DNA of 64,000 bases from the NCBI GenBank assembly GCA_934464585.1, contig CAKSJY010000004.1:8092-72091 (forward strand), given 5' to 3'. Below, piece by piece: positions 28,839 through 39,662 of the stretch (position 1 is the first letter of the stretch; every line of letters begins with the position of its first letter). The position numbers were made by a program, and so were the translations under genes. The stretch is from an uncultured Eubacteriales bacterium. GTDB taxonomy: Bacteria; Bacillota; Clostridia; Oscillospirales; Acutalibacteraceae. The notes beneath the pieces are model-generated. The model searched no databases. It saw only the letters and a program-made list of their open reading frames with translations, and was not told the DNA's origin.

Positions 28839-29753
28839 ATGAACTTTACTGCACAAGATGTTAAGGCACTAAGAGAAAAAACCGGTTGCGGTATGATGGA
28901 CTGCAAAAAGGCATTAAATGAAGCTAACGGAAATATGGATGCTGCTATAGACTTTTTAAGAGAAAAAGGTCTTGCTGCTGCAACTAAAAAATCAGGACGT
29001 ATCGCAGCTGAAGGTATTGCTTTTGCTTGCGTAAATGAAGAGGGAACTGTTGGTGTTGTTGTTGAAGTTAACGCTGAGACAGACTTCGTTGCAAAGAATG
29101 CAGATTTCCAAAACTTTGTTAAAACATGTGCTAACACAATTATCGAAACAAATCCAAAAGACGTTGAAGATTTGCTTGAAACAAAAATTCCAGGTTCTGA
29201 CCTAACTGTTGGTGAACTTGTTAGAGAAAAAATCCTAACTATCGGTGAAAACATTAAGATTAGACGTTTCGAACGTTTCGAAGGTATAGTTACTTCTTAT
29301 ATCCATGCCGCAGGTAGAATTGGTGTTTTAGTTAAATTCGATACAACTGCTGAAATCGCAGCAAAGGATGAATTTAAGACATTTGCAAAGGATATTGCTA
29401 TGCAAGTTGCAGCTGTTAACCCAGCTTACCTAAATGAAGCTAGCGTTCCTGCTGAAATCCTAGAGCACGAAAAGAAAATCTTAACAGAACAAGTTATGAA
29501 CCAAGGTAAACCTGCTCAAATAGCTGAAAAGATTGTTATGGGTAAAATCGGAAAATACTATAAAGAAAATTGCCTAGTAGATCAAATCTTTGTTAAAGAT
29601 TCAGACTTAACTATTAAATCTTACACAGAAAAAGTAGCAAAAGAATTAGGTGGCAACATTGAAATTACCGCTTTTGCTCGTTTCGAAAAAGGTGAGGGTT
29701 TAGAAAAACGTGAAGATAACTTCGCAGACGAAGTTGCAAGCATGATTAAGTAA
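28839..29753 (+). CDS. tsf: translation elongation factor Ts
   Basis: [23 protein letters not shown] is the UBA-like N-terminus. The gene sits directly after rpsB. Confidence 0.95.
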   Translation: MNFTAQDVKALREKTGCGMMDCKKALNEANGNMDAAIDFLREKGLAAATKKSGRIAAEGIAFACVNEEGTVGVVVEVNAETDFVAKNADFQNFVKTCANTIIETNPKDVEDLLETKIPGSDLTVGELVREKILTIGENIKIRRFERFEGIVTSYIHAAGRIGVLVKFDTTAEIAAKDEFKTFAKDIAMQVAAVNPAYLNEASVPAEILEHEKKILTEQVMNQGKPAQIAEKIVMGKIGKYYKENCLVDQIFVKDSDLTIKSYTEKVAKELGGNIEITAFARFEKGEGLEKREDNFADEVASMIK

Positions 29754-29783
29754 TCTTTGTTATATAAAAGCTATGAATTTTAG

Positions 29784-29817
29784 ATATGCACCTCTAAATG
29801 AGGTGCATATTTTTTTA
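29784..29817 (+). terminator. rho-independent terminator of rpsB-tsf
   Basis: Stem ATATGCACCTC/GAGGTGCATAT with a 5-nt loop, followed by TTTTTTT. Confidence 0.8.
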
Positions 29818-29946
29818 TATAAAAATAAATCCACCATACATGGCTCAGTGGATTTACTATTATATATAAATATACATAAAGATAGCTCTTATAGAAAACT
29901 ATAAGGGCCATCTTTTTAAAAACAATAAAATTAATATTTTAAATTC

Positions 29947-31281
29947 TTATTCAGCCTGCTCAGCTTGAGATGCTTCCTGATTCATTTCAGCTAAAGCTGC
30001 TTCTGCTGCTGCTTGTTCTTCTCTTGCAATTTCCTGCATTTCTAAGAACTTTGTCCATGTTACTCCGCCAAACAATTCTATTGCAGATTGAACCTGATCA
30101 TCATCATTTATAGAAAGATTATTTCTATCAAGTAGAGCTCTTTTTTCTGAAGATAATTCTACTTCTTTAGTTGGTGTAACCCCAACATTTGTAATAATAT
30201 TTCCGCTTTTAGTCGTGTAGTGTGCAATATCTATAATAATAGCCGAACCATCCGACAAAGGATAATCCTTTTTAAGTGTTGTATTACCTGCAGTAGTTTG
30301 GCCTATAATCTCACCTTTTTGATAATCCTTAATTGCAGATGCCACTAGCTCACCTGCTCCGCTTGTTCCGCTATTTACTAAAACAGCTATAGGATATTGA
30401 AACTCCATTGCATTTGATGTATATAGTACATTGCTTTCTCCATTTTTATCAACAGTACTTATTAAGGCCCCATCCGGCAAAATTTTATCTAATATTTGAG
30501 CGGCATATGTAATCTCGTTTCCCTTACAATTTCTCAAATCCAATATAAAGCTTTGAGCTGAATTATTTTTAAGTTCAGAAACAGCATGATCAAATGCTGA
30601 CACACTTTCGGACGAGAACTCAGAGATAGTTATTTTACCTATAGTATTATTTTCAAGCATAGTATATGTTACAGGATTTTTCTGATAACTTTCATGTGTA
30701 ACTTCTACTGTTTTGTTTTCTTCTGAATTCCTTATAAAGTCAATTTGTGTTTTGCTGCCAATTGCCTTAGAAAGCAATAATATAGATTTATCATATCCAA
30801 TATCTTTCACACTTTTGGAATCTATAGCGGTAATAATATCACCTTTTTGTATATCGGCCTTTTGCGCCGGTGATGAATCCACTACAGCGACAACCTCTAT
30901 ATTACCGTTAGTATTAATCGACTGTATACCAATGTCTGAATACTTGCTCGATTTCAAATCGGAATAACTTTTATACTCCTCTGCATCTAAATATTCAGCA
31001 TAATACTGATCAATTCCGGAAATATATCCAGAGCACATACTTTCTCTTAATTTTTCTTCATCAATTTGTCCTAAATAATTTTGTCTTACTACTTGGTCAA
31101 CTTCGCTAAGTTTAGCATACATAATTTGCCTTTCGTTAACCTCAGACAAGACTTTATTAAATCGGTTCATGGCTGCATTATATCCTACTGCATACGTTAT
31201 AGCTATAACTACCGCAATCAAGGTAACAGACATACATATTATAAACTTTTTACTCTTAAATAGTTCTGCGTTTACTTTCAT
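29947..31281 (-). CDS. S41 family carboxyl-terminal processing protease with PDZ domain
   Basis: N-terminal TM anchor, a PDZ-like segment (SPAQKADIQKGDIITAID) and the S41 serine context VNSGTSGAGELVASA. Confidence 0.8.
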   Translation of the reverse strand: MKVNAELFKSKKFIICMSVTLIAVVIAITYAVGYNAAMNRFNKVLSEVNERQIMYAKLSEVDQVVRQNYLGQIDEEKLRESMCSGYISGIDQYYAEYLDAEEYKSYSDLKSSKYSDIGIQSINTNGNIEVVAVVDSSPAQKADIQKGDIITAIDSKSVKDIGYDKSILLLSKAIGSKTQIDFIRNSEENKTVEVTHESYQKNPVTYTMLENNTIGKITISEFSSESVSAFDHAVSELKNNSAQSFILDLRNCKGNEITYAAQILDKILPDGALISTVDKNGESNVLYTSNAMEFQYPIAVLVNSGTSGAGELVASAIKDYQKGEIIGQTTAGNTTLKKDYPLSDGSAIIIDIAHYTTKSGNIITNVGVTPTKEVELSSEKRALLDRNNLSINDDDQVQSAIELFGGVTWTKFLEMQEIAREEQAAAEAALAEMNQEASQAEQAE

Positions 31282-31326
31282 ATTCTACAAGCTTTCGCTC
31301 CATCACCTCTTTTGTATAGCCTAATA

Positions 31327-32604
31327 TTATAGCCACGGATATTCGTCCATAGGATTATATCTATAACCATTTCTTCTTGTTTCAAAATGCAAATGTGGGC
31401 CTGTTGAAAATCCTGTATTTCCAACATAACCAATGGTCTGACCCTTCGATACATATTGACCAAGTGAAGTAGCAACCGAACTCATATGCGCATATAGTGT
31501 TGATTTGCCATTACCATGGTCTATAACAACATAGTTTCCGTATCCTCCACCATAGCCATCACTACAGCATAAGATTACCTTTCCAGATTCAGCCGCAACC
31601 ACATTAGCTCCATATATACCACCTCCGGCAATATCTATAGCACCATGCATTCCTGATCTGCCATCTGTATCATAATAATCTGAAGATATGTAGAAAAATC
31701 CCGGTACCGGCCAAGCATATCCATCCGAAGTTGGTTGATCTATTACGTTATCTGTTACATCATTTGTTGTATTATCTACATATTGATTAGATTCCTGTTG
31801 TCTATCTCTTTCTTGTTGTGCTAACCTTTCCTGTTCCAACCTTGCTTGCTCTTGATAATATGCCTCTATTTGTGCATCAATCTTTTGAATTTCTGCATCA
31901 TTTACATCTATTTTATTTTTAACATCGGTTTGCTCTGTTTCAAGTTGAGCTATAACCTCTTCCATTTCATTAGATAATGCTTGAAAATCTTGTTTCTTTT
32001 GGTCAGCAACGGCTTTTTCTTCCTCTACACTTTTCTTGTAGTCTTCCAATTCCTTTTTATCTTTTTCCAAGCTTTCCAAATTATTATTTAGATTATCGAT
32101 AAGTTTATTGTCGTGGTCTGCTACATTTTTTACGATTTCTGCCTTATCAAGAAAATCAGAAAAATCTTTTGCACCCAATATTATTTCAATATTTGAAGCC
32201 TCGCCTGCTGTGTATATAGCCTTTAAACGTTTTTTAAGAGCCTTACGGTTTTCTTCTATATCAGAATTTGTTTTTTCTATAGATTCCTCTTTTTCGGCAA
32301 TTTGGGCATCAAGAGCCGCTATTTTTTCATTGCTAAGTTCTATTTCACTTCTAACAACTGCTATTTGTTCATCAAGAGTATTTTTATATTCTTGTTTTTC
32401 TTCAACATTATTTTTTAATTCTGAAAGTCTCGACTGAAGTTCTTCGCTTTGATTAGCAAGATCCTGCTTTTTGCTTTGATTTTCATCTAATGTTCCTGCA
32501 AAAGCCGTCGATGACATAAACATAATTCCAAGTATCATACACCAGGAAACAATTATTTTTGTTATTTTCCTTATTCTATTAAATTCCAATAATATCTCCT
32601 CCAC
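31327..32604 (-). CDS. coiled-coil M23 family metallopeptidase (EnvC/PcsB-like partner of FtsEX)
   Basis: A long coiled coil followed by the M23 motifs HGAIDI and GNTGFSTGPHLHFE. The start is uncertain because the ORF overlaps the ftsX 3' end by 26 nt. Confidence 0.8.
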   Translation of the reverse strand: MEEILLEFNRIRKITKIIVSWCMILGIMFMSSTAFAGTLDENQSKKQDLANQSEELQSRLSELKNNVEEKQEYKNTLDEQIAVVRSEIELSNEKIAALDAQIAEKEESIEKTNSDIEENRKALKKRLKAIYTAGEASNIEIILGAKDFSDFLDKAEIVKNVADHDNKLIDNLNNNLESLEKDKKELEDYKKSVEEEKAVADQKKQDFQALSNEMEEVIAQLETEQTDVKNKIDVNDAEIQKIDAQIEAYYQEQARLEQERLAQQERDRQQESNQYVDNTTNDVTDNVIDQPTSDGYAWPVPGFFYISSDYYDTDGRSGMHGAIDIAGGGIYGANVVAAESGKVILCCSDGYGGGYGNYVVIDHGNGKSTLYAHMSSVATSLGQYVSKGQTIGYVGNTGFSTGPHLHFETRRNGYRYNPMDEYPWL

Positions 32605-33481
32605 CTTTTTTTAGATATTTTCTTATTGAAATAAATCCACCAATAATTCCAAACACTATTCCAGCCAATAAAAATGATATTAATACCGGAAGCAGTACAG
32701 TTTTAAAAGGAATAGCTGTAAACGGTACTATTTGGTTTATGGAAGACATTATTACTTTATATAATAATCCCAATAGTCCTGTTGCACATAATGCAGAAAC
32801 CACACCTATAGTCATTCCTTCTACAACAAACGGTATCTTTATAAATGCGTCTGTTGCACCAACTGATTTCATTATGCTTATTTCTAAACGTCTACTATAC
32901 ATAGTAATACTTATAGTATTAGAAATTATAAATAGCGAAACTGCACTTAATATAACAAGTATCCATACACCTGCAGTTGCAACAAGATAGTTAAGGTTCG
33001 TTAGTTTCTGAGCTATTTCTCGTCTATTACTTACTGACTCTACGCCATCTATATTTGATATTTGTCTAACTGTATCATCATACTGAGACAAATCTAACAT
33101 AGAAACACGGTAAGCATTCGGTAATGGATTATCTTCATCCTGAAAATCATTGAAAGATTCACCTAATACCTCTTCATATCTTTGTATTGCTTCATCTTTC
33201 GAGTAGAAATCACATGAATTAACATTTGGAATTTTCCTAATTTCATCGCCAATATTTTTTGAATCTACATCAGAAATATCTGTTTTCAAATAAACAGTAA
33301 CATTATTCTGTTTTTCTATCGATTCAAGTGCTGATGAGATATTAAAGGAAAAAAGCATTGCTCCTCCTGTTAAAAGTAAACAGAAAAGCAACACACACAC
33401 CGAAGCAAACGACATTAATCTATTGCTCCAAATATTCTTAAATCCTTCTTTTAAGAGATACTTAAATGAATTAGCACTCAT
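32579..33481 (-). CDS. ftsX: cell division permease FtsX
   Basis: 4-TM FtsX topology with a large first extracellular loop. It overlaps ftsE by 4 nt. Confidence 0.85.
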   Translation of the reverse strand: MSANSFKYLLKEGFKNIWSNRLMSFASVCVLLFCLLLTGGAMLFSFNISSALESIEKQNNVTVYLKTDISDVDSKNIGDEIRKIPNVNSCDFYSKDEAIQRYEEVLGESFNDFQDEDNPLPNAYRVSMLDLSQYDDTVRQISNIDGVESVSNRREIAQKLTNLNYLVATAGVWILVILSAVSLFIISNTISITMYSRRLEISIMKSVGATDAFIKIPFVVEGMTIGVVSALCATGLLGLLYKVIMSSINQIVPFTAIPFKTVLLPVLISFLLAGIVFGIIGGFISIRKYLKKGGGDIIGI

Positions 33482-34158
33482 TTTTGCACCCCCAATGCAC
33501 CTGTGTCTTTTACAATTTTACCATTTGAAATTTCTATTACTCTTTTCGAGAATTTTTCTACCAATTCATGCTCATGAGTAACCATTAAAATTGTAGTACC
33601 ACATTTATTTATTTGTTCTAAAAGGTCTACTATCTCATAAGAAAGTTCCGGATCGACATTTCCTGTAGGTTCATCCGCAATAATCATTGCCGGGTTATTT
33701 ACAAGTGCTCTCGCAAGTCCTACTCTTTGTTGTTCTCCTCCGGAAAGTTCAGACGGATATGACCTCGCCTTATTTTCTAAATTTACAAGATTCAATATGT
33801 ATGGAACTCGTCTTCTTATTTCACCATTTCTCGCTCCAACAGCTCTCATCGCAAAAGCTACATTGTCATATACTGTCATCTTTTCTATTAATCTAAAGTC
33901 TTGAAACACTATACCCATTGTACGCCTTAAGTATGGTATTTCTCTATATTTTAAAGCAGAAAGCTTTCGACCATTTACGGTTATTTCGCCCTCAGTTGCT
34001 GATTCTTCTTTAATTATTAATTTTAAAAGAGTACTCTTTCCTGCTCCTGAAGAACCCACGATGAATACAAATTCACCTTTTTCTATTTTTAAATTTATAT
34101 TCTCAAGGGCATTAGTACCATTTTCATATTTTTTGTACACATTTTTAAATTCTATCAT
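33478..34158 (-). CDS. ftsE: cell division ATP-binding protein FtsE
   Basis: Walker A GSSGAGKST, signature LSGGEQQRV, Walker B IIADEPTGN and H-loop VTHE are all intact. Confidence 0.9.
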   Translation of the reverse strand: MIEFKNVYKKYENGTNALENINLKIEKGEFVFIVGSSGAGKSTLLKLIIKEESATEGEITVNGRKLSALKYREIPYLRRTMGIVFQDFRLIEKMTVYDNVAFAMRAVGARNGEIRRRVPYILNLVNLENKARSYPSELSGGEQQRVGLARALVNNPAMIIADEPTGNVDPELSYEIVDLLEQINKCGTTILMVTHEHELVEKFSKRVIEISNGKIVKDTGALGVQK

Positions 34159-34250
34159 AATAATTCTTTACCCTTCCTATGTAATAAATTTACTCTCCCC
34201 TCTCTGCTCTTTTAGGCTATTAAAATAAATTTTAATAGCCTAGTTTTATA

Positions 34251-35336
34251 CTAATATTTTACTGGATTTGCCGACAAATATTTTCTAACCATCAATGCTA
34301 CTTTAAATACAATAGCATCTTCAAACTCTCTTAAATCAAGACCTGTAAGTTTTTTAATCTTTTCCAGTCTATATACAAGGGTATTTCTATGAACAAACAA
34401 TTTTCTTGCTGTTTCTGATACATTCAAGTTGTTTTCAAAGAATTTTAATATTGTAAGTAATGTTTCCTGATCCAAAACCTCAATAGCACCATCTCTGAAA
34501 ACTTCTTTTAAGAACATATCGCAAAGAGTAGTTGGTAGCTGATATATAAGTCTTGCAATACCTAAGTTGGTGTATGTAATAATATTTTTATCAGAATCAA
34601 ATACCTTACCAACTTCAATAGCAACCTGGGCTTCTTTAAAGGATTTAGCTAAATCTTTAACTGCAGTAACGACTGTTCCTATTCCTACAACACTCTTTAT
34701 ATAGAACTCACCGGATAGTGTATCTATTATCGATGCTGCCAAGTTCTCTATATCCTTTTGAGTAATACCTTCTTTTATATCCTTAACAAGTGCTATATCG
34801 TTATCATTTATATTAATAACAAAATCTTTGTCTTTTTCTGGGAAAAGCCTTTGAATTATTTCATATGCTGAGATATCCTCCTGAGGACTTACTTTTATAA
34901 GGAGACACACCTTTGATATGTTTGCATCAAATTTTAACTCCCTTGATTTTAAATATATGTCCCCGGGCAAAATATTATCAAGCAATACATTCTTCATAAA
35001 GTTTGTACGGTCATATTTTTCATCGTGATATTGTTTTACTCCATTTAACGCAACTGCTAATATCGTTGCATATTTCTGGGCTATTTCATCATTTCCGGAA
35101 ACAAAAACAACATATTCAGGTCTTGGTCTATTACCAAAAGATTTATATGTATATCCATCAATAATAAATGTTGCCGGAGTTAACAAAGTATCTGGTGTGA
35201 TATTTTTGTCTTTTTCTCCTATTTTACCCAAATCACTACATGCTATTATTGACGAACTTTCATCAACAATGCCTATTGTGCGGTCAATATCAGCTGTCAT
35301 CTGATGTATTAAACCTTGAAATAACCTATTAGACAT
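34251..35336 (-). CDS. PucR/CdaR-family transcriptional regulator
   Basis: C-terminal PucR-type HTH (NVSETARKLFVHRNTLVYRLEKIKKLTGLDLREFEDA). Confidence 0.75.
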   Translation of the reverse strand: MSNRLFQGLIHQMTADIDRTIGIVDESSSIIACSDLGKIGEKDKNITPDTLLTPATFIIDGYTYKSFGNRPRPEYVVFVSGNDEIAQKYATILAVALNGVKQYHDEKYDRTNFMKNVLLDNILPGDIYLKSRELKFDANISKVCLLIKVSPQEDISAYEIIQRLFPEKDKDFVININDNDIALVKDIKEGITQKDIENLAASIIDTLSGEFYIKSVVGIGTVVTAVKDLAKSFKEAQVAIEVGKVFDSDKNIITYTNLGIARLIYQLPTTLCDMFLKEVFRDGAIEVLDQETLLTILKFFENNLNVSETARKLFVHRNTLVYRLEKIKKLTGLDLREFEDAIVFKVALMVRKYLSANPVKY

Positions 35337-35640
35337 ATAATTACCTCTCTTTTATATCGTGAATAAAAAAACAGACCATAGAACACAAGCCAAAAGTTGA
35401 AAATTTTAGGTTCACATTCATATTCTTAGTATATCATACATAATTTTTTCAAAAATTGCAACCTTATAATCTTTAAAAATCACTTTTTTCTTTTATAATT
35501 CTCTTTTTTCGAATTAAGAAGCGGAAAGTGGATAATCATGCGAAAAATTTTTATATAATTATTAAAAACAATAATTTTCAATAAAGTTTCGACAAAAAAT
35601 GCACTCCAAGGCCAAAATTTCTCTATTAATTTTCAGTAAT

Positions 35641-36750
35641 TTACATAAATAGGTTTTTTTCACTTTGTTTATTAAACAAAAATACCTTGTCCATATCGAA
35701 ACAGATATCTATTTCATCTTTATTTTTAAACATTGCACCAACTTTGGGTTTAAAATTAAATTTAGAAAAATTTAGTTCAAATTGATAATACTTATGAACT
35801 ACATTTTCATCTTTCACTTTAATCCTAGTATGTATAATCGCAGGTGATTTTACCTTTTCCGGTTTTTCATTGCAATAAATATCTCTAACATCTATCGCCA
35901 TCCACACGGATTTTCCTACATATTTTTGCAAGATTGCATGATCAAACTTTTTGGAAAGCCTTAAGGTCGTATTCAAAAAAGATAACATATACCCTTCATC
36001 GTCCTTTTTTAATACTGCTTTCCCTATATTCATTTTTTCTCCATATAGCATTCTTAAAACAAAACAATTAGCCGGATGTGATAGAAGTTGTTCCTTAAAT
36101 CCTATTTGCTGAATTTTTCCCTTATTAATCACAGCAATTCTCTTGTTGAATTTAAGCGCTTTTTGGGGACTTTCTGTTGAATAGATGAACGTTTTCTTTA
36201 TTTTATCATGTATGTTCAAAAGTGAATCTTTTGTATGGTTAAATGTTTCCAAATCGGTTCCATTGAATGCGTCATCTATTAACATAACCTTTGGATCAGT
36301 TACCAATGCTCTTAGAAAAATAATGCTGTTTTTTTCACTCTGTGTTAAATCCTTAGGCTCTTTATCAAGCAAATGCTCTATTCCTAATATCTTAGCAAAT
36401 TTTACTATCATTCCATCTATAATTTCTCTTTTATAGCCTTTTAATACAAGACTATACTCAACATTCTTCTTTACTGTCATATTTGGATATAAAACATAAT
36501 TTTTTAGTATTATCGATACTCCTCTATCTACCGGGTTAAGCTGATTAATAGACTTTCTATCTATATATATGTCGCCACTTGTTTCTTTTTCTATACCCGC
36601 TATTGTTTTCAATAATACTGACTTACCGCTACCTTCCGGACCAAGCAAAACCAAAAATCCGTTATCTTCCATATTAATACTTACACTATCTAGCGCAATC
36701 ATTTTGCCGGAATATACTTTACACAAATTCTTAATTGACAAAATTGACAT
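35641..36750 (-). CDS. MalK/MsmX-like ABC ATPase paralog with degenerate catalytic motifs
   Basis: Walker A GPEGSGKS is retained. By-eye alignment to MalK gives signature LTQSE (not LSGGQ), Walker B LIDDA (not LLDEP), Q-loop LKNY and H-loop STES. The C-terminal regulatory-domain length is retained. Confidence 0.65.
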   Translation of the reverse strand: MSILSIKNLCKVYSGKMIALDSVSINMEDNGFLVLLGPEGSGKSVLLKTIAGIEKETSGDIYIDRKSINQLNPVDRGVSIILKNYVLYPNMTVKKNVEYSLVLKGYKREIIDGMIVKFAKILGIEHLLDKEPKDLTQSEKNSIIFLRALVTDPKVMLIDDAFNGTDLETFNHTKDSLLNIHDKIKKTFIYSTESPQKALKFNKRIAVINKGKIQQIGFKEQLLSHPANCFVLRMLYGEKMNIGKAVLKKDDEGYMLSFLNTTLRLSKKFDHAILQKYVGKSVWMAIDVRDIYCNEKPEKVKSPAIIHTRIKVKDENVVHKYYQFELNFSKFNFKPKVGAMFKNKDEIDICFDMDKVFLFNKQSEKNLFM

Positions 36751-36792
36751 AAAGTTGCCCCTTTCAAAACAGCGATCAGGTTAGATTTGCAA

Positions 36793-37512
36793 TTATTTAA
36801 ATATAAGATCAATTTCAGCCGGTGTCATTTCTCGGCAATCACCAAGTCCTAATTTGTCATCTAGCTTTAAGCCTCCAATTTGCTTTCGCTTTAAATGTAA
36901 TACCTTTAGTCCAACAGCCAAAAACATTCTTTTAACTTGATGAAACTTACCCTGACAAATTTTCACTTCTACCACGCTGTTCTTATCATCATTTTTTATT
37001 ATCTTAAGCTCTGCAGGCAAGTATACCTCTCCATTTTCTAAGGTTATACCTTTCTTAAAATCGGCTATTTCCTTAGAAGTAACTATACCGCTAACAAGAG
37101 CCTCATATATTTTATATACCTTTTTTACAGGAGATAACATCTTATGTGAAAAATTTCCATCATTAGTTATTATTAATAATCCCTCTGTATCTATATCAAG
37201 CCTACCTGCCGGAAATAAATTTCTTCTATATAATTCCTTCGGAACAAGGTCTAAAACAGTCTTCTTTTTAGAGTCTCGACTTGCAGAAATAACCCCTCCG
37301 GGTTTATTCATCATAATATACATATAGTGGTGAAACACTAGTGTTTCACCACTTATTTTTATATTACTAATTTCAGGGTCTATTTTTTTACTATAATCTT
37401 TCTCCACAATGTTATTAACAGTAACTTCGCCCTTTTTTATTAATTTTTGAACTTCTTTTCTTGTTCCAATATTCTGTGATACTAATATTTTATCTATTCT
37501 ACTTAACGGCAA
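36793..37512 (-). CDS. S4-domain pseudouridine synthase (RsuA/RluB family)
   Basis: S4 N-terminus (RIDKILVSQNIGTRKEVQKLIKKGEV) and the catalytic motif AGRLDIDTEGLLI. TTG start after AAGGAA. Confidence 0.85.
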   Translation of the reverse strand: MPLSRIDKILVSQNIGTRKEVQKLIKKGEVTVNNIVEKDYSKKIDPEISNIKISGETLVFHHYMYIMMNKPGGVISASRDSKKKTVLDLVPKELYRRNLFPAGRLDIDTEGLLIITNDGNFSHKMLSPVKKVYKIYEALVSGIVTSKEIADFKKGITLENGEVYLPAELKIIKNDDKNSVVEVKICQGKFHQVKRMFLAVGLKVLHLKRKQIGGLKLDDKLGLGDCREMTPAEIDLIFK

Positions 37513-37532
37513 ATTTAAATTCCTTTCTTGAC

Positions 37533-38135
37533 TTAATCTGTAGGTGCTTGGGGCATATTAGGGTCTGGGGCTAAAGTTTCTCGTTCAGTAGTCCTTTCCA
37601 TTGCTTCTCTTATTGTGCTAGATGACGTATCCTTTTTCGCATTCGTTTGGGCTGAAAGCTTCGAATTGTCAAAACTTTCTACAAAGCCATTCATTTCAGA
37701 TGAGCTTATATCTCCAGCTATAACTTTACCTTTACAAACTATAAGTGAAGCCCTTATCCCCTTTGATCTTCCAGGATAATTTAGAACCTCGTAAACATAT
37801 TTTTTGCAACTTTTACCCTTATATTTTTGTAAATCAAGGCCTTGCCTTTTTTGAATTTCATTGTAATTTTCATATACATCATTAAATTCTTCCGGTATTG
37901 TTATATCTGAAACTTCTAATGGTTCCTCGTTTATTTTCCAGCCAAATTGCGACAGAAATGAAACTCTACTTTCATTACTATCAGCTATTAAGCTATACTT
38001 TCCCGATTGTGAATTAGCATTATTTAAAGAGCCAACATTTGCAAATACAACTATTATCACTCCCAAAATTAATAATGCCAAAGCGATAATTGCTATTAAT
38101 TTTTTCTTAGATGCTTTTACCGATAAAATAAACAT
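37533..38135 (-). CDS. membrane-anchored DUF4830-like protein
   Basis: N-terminal TM segment. FLSQFGWKINEEPLEVSDITIPEEFNDVYENYNEIQKRQGLDL resembles the DUF4830 signature. Confidence 0.55.
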   Translation of the reverse strand: MFILSVKASKKKLIAIIALALLILGVIIVVFANVGSLNNANSQSGKYSLIADSNESRVSFLSQFGWKINEEPLEVSDITIPEEFNDVYENYNEIQKRQGLDLQKYKGKSCKKYVYEVLNYPGRSKGIRASLIVCKGKVIAGDISSSEMNGFVESFDNSKLSAQTNAKKDTSSSTIREAMERTTERETLAPDPNMPQAPTD

Positions 38136-38196
38136 TAATGTTCCCCCTTTAAAAACACTTATATTAAAGAGGTGTACAAATTATGACAAACTTATT

Positions 38197-39567
38197 TTAT
38201 CCAAGCGATATGTAGCCCTGTATAAATACAGCCAAAACCAATATTGGCAATACAAATGTAACATACGGCCTAATTGCTTTCGGAAATTTAATTCCCTCTC
38301 CACAATTAGCTTCCTCTATAAAATTATCATAGCCCCAGCCATATTTAGTCGTGCAGAATGTTACATATACAAGAGCACCTATAGGAAGCAAATTGTTGTT
38401 TAAAATAAAGTTTTCTAGGTCCAATATTGTCGTACCCTGCCCTAACGGTTCAATAAACGAAAATACATTAAAGCCAAGTGCACATGGAAGCGATAAAATT
38501 ATCATCAAGAACACATTAATAATAACACTTTTTTTCCTGCTCCAATTAAACAACTCCATTCCAAATGCTATTATATTCTCAAACACAGCTATTATAGATG
38601 ACATCGCAGCAAAGCACATAAACAAAAAGAATAGTGATCCCCAAAATCTTCCTGCAACCATTTTATTAAATATATTAGGTAACGTTATAAAAACAAGATT
38701 TGGACCACTGGTAACATCCACTCCAAATGCTGAACAAGCCGGAAATATTATAAGACCAGCTATAAGTGCTACAACTGTATCTAATGCAGTTATGTATATA
38801 GCTTCCCCTGTAAGACTCCTATCCTTTCCAATATAGCTTCCAAAAATAGCCATGCTTCCTACCCCAAGTCCTAAGGTAAAGAATGCCTGACCCATAGCCT
38901 CGCTTACTACTGTGCCAATTCCTCTTTCCTTTAAATTTGATAAGTTAGGCTTTAGATAAAATTCTATTCCTTTTAATCCTCCCTCAAGAGTTAATGAGTT
39001 AAACATAAGTATAAGCATAATTACAAATAGCCCTGACATGATTACCTTTGTAACCTTTTCTACCCCGTTTTTCACTCCAAACCAACAAACTGCAAACCCT
39101 ATGACAACTACAACCACCATCCAAAATATAGACTGATATGGGTTTAAGCTAACTAAATTAAACATATCCTCAATTTCAACAGAACTCTTTTGGTCAAAAC
39201 GGCCGGCTACCGTAAGACAGAAATAATCTAAAACCCATCCGGCAATGACTGTATAAAACATCATCAAAAGATAATTTGCAATCATTGCAAAATAGCCAAA
39301 AACATGCCATTTGCTACCTTTCGCCTCTAATACTTCAAATGATTTTGCAACACTTTTTTGGCTTGATCTTCCAACCGCGAATTCCATAATAACAATCGGT
39401 AATCCTAGTGTCACAAGAAAACAAAGATATATAAGGACAAATATTGCTCCACCATTTCTTCCAACTACATATGGGAAACGCCAAACATTACCAAGCCCCA
39501 CTGCACAACCAACTGCCACTAATATAAACCCTAATCTTGACGAAAGTCTTTCTCTTTCTCCATTCAT
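38197..39567 (-). CDS. sodium-dependent transporter, NSS/SNF family
   Basis: GFILVAVGCAVGLGNVWRFPY is the canonical SNF N-terminal motif. About 11-12 TM segments. Confidence 0.85.
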   Translation of the reverse strand: MNGERERLSSRLGFILVAVGCAVGLGNVWRFPYVVGRNGGAIFVLIYLCFLVTLGLPIVIMEFAVGRSSQKSVAKSFEVLEAKGSKWHVFGYFAMIANYLLMMFYTVIAGWVLDYFCLTVAGRFDQKSSVEIEDMFNLVSLNPYQSIFWMVVVVVIGFAVCWFGVKNGVEKVTKVIMSGLFVIMLILMFNSLTLEGGLKGIEFYLKPNLSNLKERGIGTVVSEAMGQAFFTLGLGVGSMAIFGSYIGKDRSLTGEAIYITALDTVVALIAGLIIFPACSAFGVDVTSGPNLVFITLPNIFNKMVAGRFWGSLFFLFMCFAAMSSIIAVFENIIAFGMELFNWSRKKSVIINVFLMIILSLPCALGFNVFSFIEPLGQGTTILDLENFILNNNLLPIGALVYVTFCTTKYGWGYDNFIEEANCGEGIKFPKAIRPYVTFVLPILVLAVFIQGYISLG

Positions 39568-39599
39568 TTTTACAGTACACCACCCTTATTATAAAATTT

Positions 39600-39640
39600 A
39601 ATAAAAAAATAATCGTTCGATAATCTAGGGAACGATTATT
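39600..39640 (-). terminator. rho-independent terminator of the coiled-coil gene
   Basis: 11-bp stem AATAATCGTTC/GAACGATTATT followed on the minus strand by TTTTTTTAT. Confidence 0.75.
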
Positions 39641-39662
39641 TTAATTTACATTAGTATATATG

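Noticed and set aside
28808-29254. 148-aa ORF antisense to tsf. Similar long antisense ORFs occur at 38351..38836 (in the NSS transporter), 43601..44041 (in ppdK), 50454..50903 (in the sheath gene) and 20243..20653 (in spoIIE).
   Set aside because: All lie completely inside well-supported genes on the opposite strand. They have low-complexity Ser/Phe/Ile-rich translations and no RBS context, so they are most likely shadow ORFs.
29947-34158. The ftsE-ftsX-M23 peptidase-S41 protease gene string, considered as a possible novel system.
   Set aside because: This is a well-known cell-division and cell-wall hydrolase control module in Firmicutes. All its motifs are canonical.
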